The notes beneath the pieces are model-generated. The model searched no databases. It worked only from the letters and a program-made list of their open reading frames with translations, and was not told the DNA's origin. A DNA stretch of 63,169 nucleotides, the filler included, from Sphacelaria rigidula (Eukaryota): NCBI GenBank assembly GCA_964200075.2. It is 8 parts of 8 records of this genome, joined end to end, with 100 filler letters (N's around TTAATTAATTAA, not from the genome) between each part and the next. Parts side by side here need not be neighbours in the genome. Positions count along the whole stretch, not along the records: positions 55,363 to 63,169 come from CAXNAA020013390.1; 7 more parts are not named here. The stretch is one strand, 5' to 3'. Made by a program: the position numbers and the translations under genes. Position 1 is the stretch's first letter. Each line of letters starts with the position of its first letter. Shown piece after piece: positions 62,149 through 63,169 of this stretch.

Positions 62149-63169
62149 ACTATAATAGTAGCTGAAGGAAACTCGAGAAAAGAGATGAATATGGAAATTA
62201 GATTGTGTTGATTGATTGGTTGTTGATTGATTGTCGCATATCAAGTGAGATCCCCGCGGGATCCAACCGTGGTTTGTCACAAGATAAAGGTATGTACCCA
62301 AGGTAAACAAAACAGAAATGCTCGCTGAAAAAAAAAAAAATGAAAAGCAAGCAGCAGCAAGGTAAAGGAAAAGGAACGGAGAAGAACCACGAATAAAAAA
62401 AGTATACGACATATGTAAATAAAAAGAAAAAAAATGGAAATGGAGAAACTCTGCTCACATCACATCATGAAAGAGTGTTTTTTACATGTCGGCAGATCAG
62501 CTCGTGACAGATCCGGGTCGGCTCATTTGGGGCGTAGATCGTGATCTGTCCGCGGTGTGCTATCACACCCATGCACGTTTGTCCGGTGGTGACCTTTAGG
62601 ACCCACCTGACCTGTACATACTTGCCGACCGACGATCTGTAGGACCCTCTTCACCCACACACTTTCGAGCACGACTGATCTGCAGGACTGTGTCATCTGT
62701 ACAACGTCAAATAGTTGTCATTAACATAACTTGGCTCACACAAACGCAGCAGCTTGTCGTCGACCCGCGCCATTTCAATCTCATGTATATACCAAAAGCT
62801 ACCCCTCACCAGTGAAATCCGAATCAACTATACAAGAAACACTCTTTCCGCACCCGTAAGATCCGGATCAAGTATACGAGAAAACAGTATTCAGTATTCT
62901 TCACCTGCTAACTTGTATGGCCCGGGAACAGTGCATGTTCACAAGTCCATAGGTTGACTGTAGCAGCCGGCACATGGAATACATGTACGTATGCATATTT
63001 ATCCCGAGTCATTCCACGGTAGGGGTGCACTTTTTTTTTCCGAAGCTGTGCACTGTCGGAGTATCCACCATTGCAAGTATGCAATGAACAGTATATATAT
63101 ATATATATATGTATATGTTGTCCCCAGAGGACAGGAAGGAACCTTAAACCATGCACTTCGCTTTTTCTA

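Overview
This window is not one locus. It is eight unrelated ~7.8-kb contigs sorted by decreasing length (7810, 7810, 7809, 7809, 7808, 7808, 7808, 7807 bp) and joined by artificial 100-bp linkers (N44-TTAATTAATTAA-N44), so nothing can be inferred from adjacency across linkers. The DNA is eukaryotic, intron-rich and repeat-rich, with GC-rich Gly/Ser/Pro low-complexity exons; a brown alga (Phaeophyceae) or related stramenopile is my inference from style only. Phase-consistent gene fragments: a terminal exon (contig 1, minus); a 4-exon piece of a very large disordered protein (contig 2); the last 4 exons of an unknown protein (contig 3); a terminal exon encoding a LecA/PA-IL-like lectin half-domain (contig 5); and a secreted protein with knottin-like Cys modules on symmetric phase-1 exons, a (PTPA)62 stalk and an Asp-Ser-Ser-rich tail (contig 6). 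Much of the rest is transposon-derived: a 98-bp TTAA-flanked piggyBac-type MITE forming clusters, a 258-bp GAG..CTC element with 4-bp TSDs (Sola2-like), Stowaway/mariner- and pogo-type TA elements, a tRNA-derived SINE, a Copia 3' end, an inverted LTR pair, a 458-bp foldback and tandem repeats. I found no CRISPR array, rRNA or genuine tRNA gene. Family assignments rest on motif recognition; no database searches were run.
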